Shown piece by piece: positions 61,568 through 64,000 of a stretch of 64,000 nucleotides of DNA. Under the pieces are notes generated by a model. That model had not been told where the DNA came from. It did no database searches and saw only the letters and a list, made by a program, of their open reading frames with translations. Location of the stretch: the NCBI GenBank assembly GCA_963769425.1, contig CAVYLP010000001.1:320001-384000 (forward strand), written 5' to 3'. Made by a program: the position numbers and the translations under genes. Numbering within the stretch: the first letter of the stretch is position 1; each line of letters starts with the position of its first letter. Origin of the DNA: Candidatus Bathyarchaeota archaeon. GTDB lineage: Archaea; Thermoproteota; Bathyarchaeia; TCS64.

Positions 61568-62260
61568 CTAGTCATCCACTTCACGAGCATGTAGATTTCT
61601 AGAATTTTTCGTAAAAAGCCTCTGCCATATAGTAATTTTCTTGGAATGATAGTGAGTCTCGGTTCGATGTTTAATCACGTCCTCAAGAACCTGATAATCG
61701 TATGTGAGGTTAATTGTGGATGAGCCTGCACGAGTGCGCACACTGAACACCACGACTCTGTATGGTCCTGCTTCTAAATTCAGTGTCTTCGTATCCTTCG
61801 AGGAGTTTAGGGTGTAATAATCTACAGATCCCAAACTCTTCAATAGATCAGGTAGTCTTGGGACCAGCAGAGATGTGACAATCGGAATCGAAAGACCACT
61901 ACTTAAAAACGCGGTAGCGCCAGCCGCACCGAGTGTTAATACTATACTTTTATAGAAACTATCCCAGCTGGACTGTTTCATCACCGCTACTAACGAAACC
62001 TGCTTTGTGCTTGACCACTGAACCTTTACTGTCTGTCCTTGCGAGAGTGAAAAATCTATTTTCTTGAAGGTAACCGCGCCAAGAGGGACGTTCTCGGATA
62101 CTACTTTGTGAGTCTTAGTGACATACTCCTTTTCAGTATGTTGGACATCGATAATAATCGGATTAGAGTAATCTAATGAAGGTATAATTGGCAATGCAAA
62201 TAATCCAATTATCAATAGGACGCAAAAACCCACTACTAAATAAATTAAATAAATTTCCAC
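61568..62260 (-). CDS. Hypothetical membrane-anchored protein
   Basis: N-terminal TM; beta-rich domain with an internal hydrophobic insert. Confidence 0.6.
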   Translation of the reverse strand: MEIYLIYLVVGFCVLLIIGLFALPIIPSLDYSNPIIIDVQHTEKEYVTKTHKVVSENVPLGAVTFKKIDFSLSQGQTVKVQWSSTKQVSLVAVMKQSSWDSFYKSIVLTLGAAGATAFLSSGLSIPIVTSLLVPRLPDLLKSLGSVDYYTLNSSKDTKTLNLEAGPYRVVVFSVRTRAGSSTINLTYDYQVLEDVIKHRTETHYHSKKITIWQRLFTKNSRNLHAREVDD

Positions 62261-62375
62261 ACTAACTCACTTGACAAATATTATGATTATATAGTAAATA
62301 TATGAAACCTTTTCATCGTAAGATGCGCGAGTACATTGCCATGCTCATGTTTCAAGTGCCCTTTATATGGAGTAA

Positions 62376-63993
62376 ATGAATAAACTAAACATGAACCAAC
62401 GAAAGCGCCTCGAAGACATCGGTGCGATTTTAATAAAATACGGTTTCGAAGAAGTTGTTAAGGAGATAATTCCAATCACCGCGAGGCTGAGGCTGAGAGG
62501 GCTTCGGCCTCTAATTAGAGAAGAGGATACCTACGTACGACTACGCGAAGCTCTAGGCGAGCTAGGTCCAACTTTTATTAAATTTGGACACTACATGAGG
62601 ACACGCCCAGATCTTCTCCCACCAGAGCTAGTCAAGGAGCTCGAATTATTACCCGATAAAATCAAACCAATCCCCTATGAGGAGGTGAAGAAAATCATAG
62701 AGGAGAAGATTGGCAATGTTGATGAAATATTCACTGATATAAAAGAGGAGCCGCTATCATCCGGGAGCCTAAGCCAGAAACACGTCGCCACACTAAAAGA
62801 TGGGAGACAAAGTCGTCCTCAAGATCAAGAGGCCTGAGATATCAGATGAAATTGACACAGATCTCAAGGCCCTTGACACAATAGCTATTCACGCTGGAAA
62901 GATCTCTGATGAGCTGAAACTCTTCAACTTCCCTGAGGTGGTGAAGGAGTTCTCAATAGAGATCCAGAAGGAACTCGACTTCGTGGAGGAGGGTAAGAGC
63001 GCCGAACTCCTTTCGAAGGATATGGAAGAGTACACAAAGATACGTGTGCCAAGGATCTACTGGAAGTACACAAGTGAAGACCTACTCGCGATCGAATATG
63101 TCGAAGGAATAACAATAGATCACGTGGAAGAGATTGCTGCAATGGGGGTCGACACTGGGGAACTCGCACTCCTCTGCTTCCGCTCCTACCTTAAACAAAT
63201 CTTCCTCGATGGATTCTACCACGGAGACCCGGAACCAGAGAACCTAATTGTAACAAAGAAAGGTGAACTCTTCTTCATAGACTTCGGCCTGATGGGGGTA
63301 CTCCGCCAAGGGAAGAGAGACATGTTTACTCGACTCATGATCGCGATATTTGAAGACGATACAGATGAGGTCGTAAGGTCACTGGAGGGACTCGGACTAC
63401 GGGGTAGAAGCGAAGATAAAGAACTCCTTAACGACGACATATACGTTGTTCTGAAGGAAGCGAAAGTTAAAACCAGTTATGTAAGTGGCAATAAACTCGC
63501 AAGCATCATAACAGCCGTCAGGAAACGCGATCTTGAACTCCCAATGCAATCGATGCTAGCAATTAATACTCTACTCAAGGTAGATTTCAACACGAAGTCC
63601 CTATATCCAGACTTTAAGCTCATGGATGAGACAAATACTTACCTGAGCGAAGTTGCTAGAAAGAGGGTCGTGGACCTCGGTAACATTAGAAAGAGTGGGT
63701 TATCTTTCCTAGATACTATACAAAGCTCAAAAGACTTGCCTCAACACATGAACGATGCCCTACTAACTATAACAGAGGGACCGATTCGTTTCAAACTCGA
63801 CTACGAGAACCTAGACAACCTGGCGAAAAGCGTCGATAACGCGACCTATAGGATCCTCGTCGCCGTAGCGCTGGTAATTCTCTCATACCAAAACATCACA
63901 ATTTTCAATTTCCCCATAAGCACGTTGATTGCCTATTTGTTGGCTGTGTCACTCGGTGCCTTCGCAATATACAAGTTATTTCTAAGTAAATGA
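62376..63993 (+). pseudogene. Second AarF/UbiB kinase, +1 frameshift near 62803
   Basis: LGPTFIKFG in the first frame; LKIKRP, ELDF, HGDPEPEN and DFG in the second. An extra G in GATGGGAGAC. Confidence 0.85.
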
Positions 63994-64000
63994 TCATTGA

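Noticed and set aside
1-64000. CRISPR array
   Set aside because: No regularly spaced 25-40 bp repeats were seen; the repeats found are dispersed.

Overview
Archaeal accessory/plasticity region, most likely Bathyarchaeia. That assignment is inferred from the integrase C-terminus, an eL33/L35Ae gene and the style of the substrate-binding protein. It is a mosaic of short, unrelated gene cassettes with sharply different GC content. From left to right it holds: a decayed tyrosine integrase; an AT-rich defence-like island (Zn-ribbon/PD-(D/E)XK protein, HD protein, type IIG R-M); IS and probable solo-Cas1 fragments; a VapBC pair; a predicted saturated-quinone tail/methylation cluster; sugar and Amadori-compound catabolism genes; and a general-stress cluster with two UbiB/AarF kinases. 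No rRNA, tRNA or CRISPR array was seen. The most striking unexplained signal is that many cassette junctions, including the exact points where several genes are truncated, carry alternating purine-pyrimidine (CG)n/(CA)n tracts, often next to a (C)AGAC(A) motif. There is also a dyad-symmetric GGATAAGAC site present as whole and half copies, and a 38-bp dispersed repeat. Together these suggest an undescribed recombination-driven cassette-accumulation system. All protein family calls are from motif recognition and memory, not database searches.
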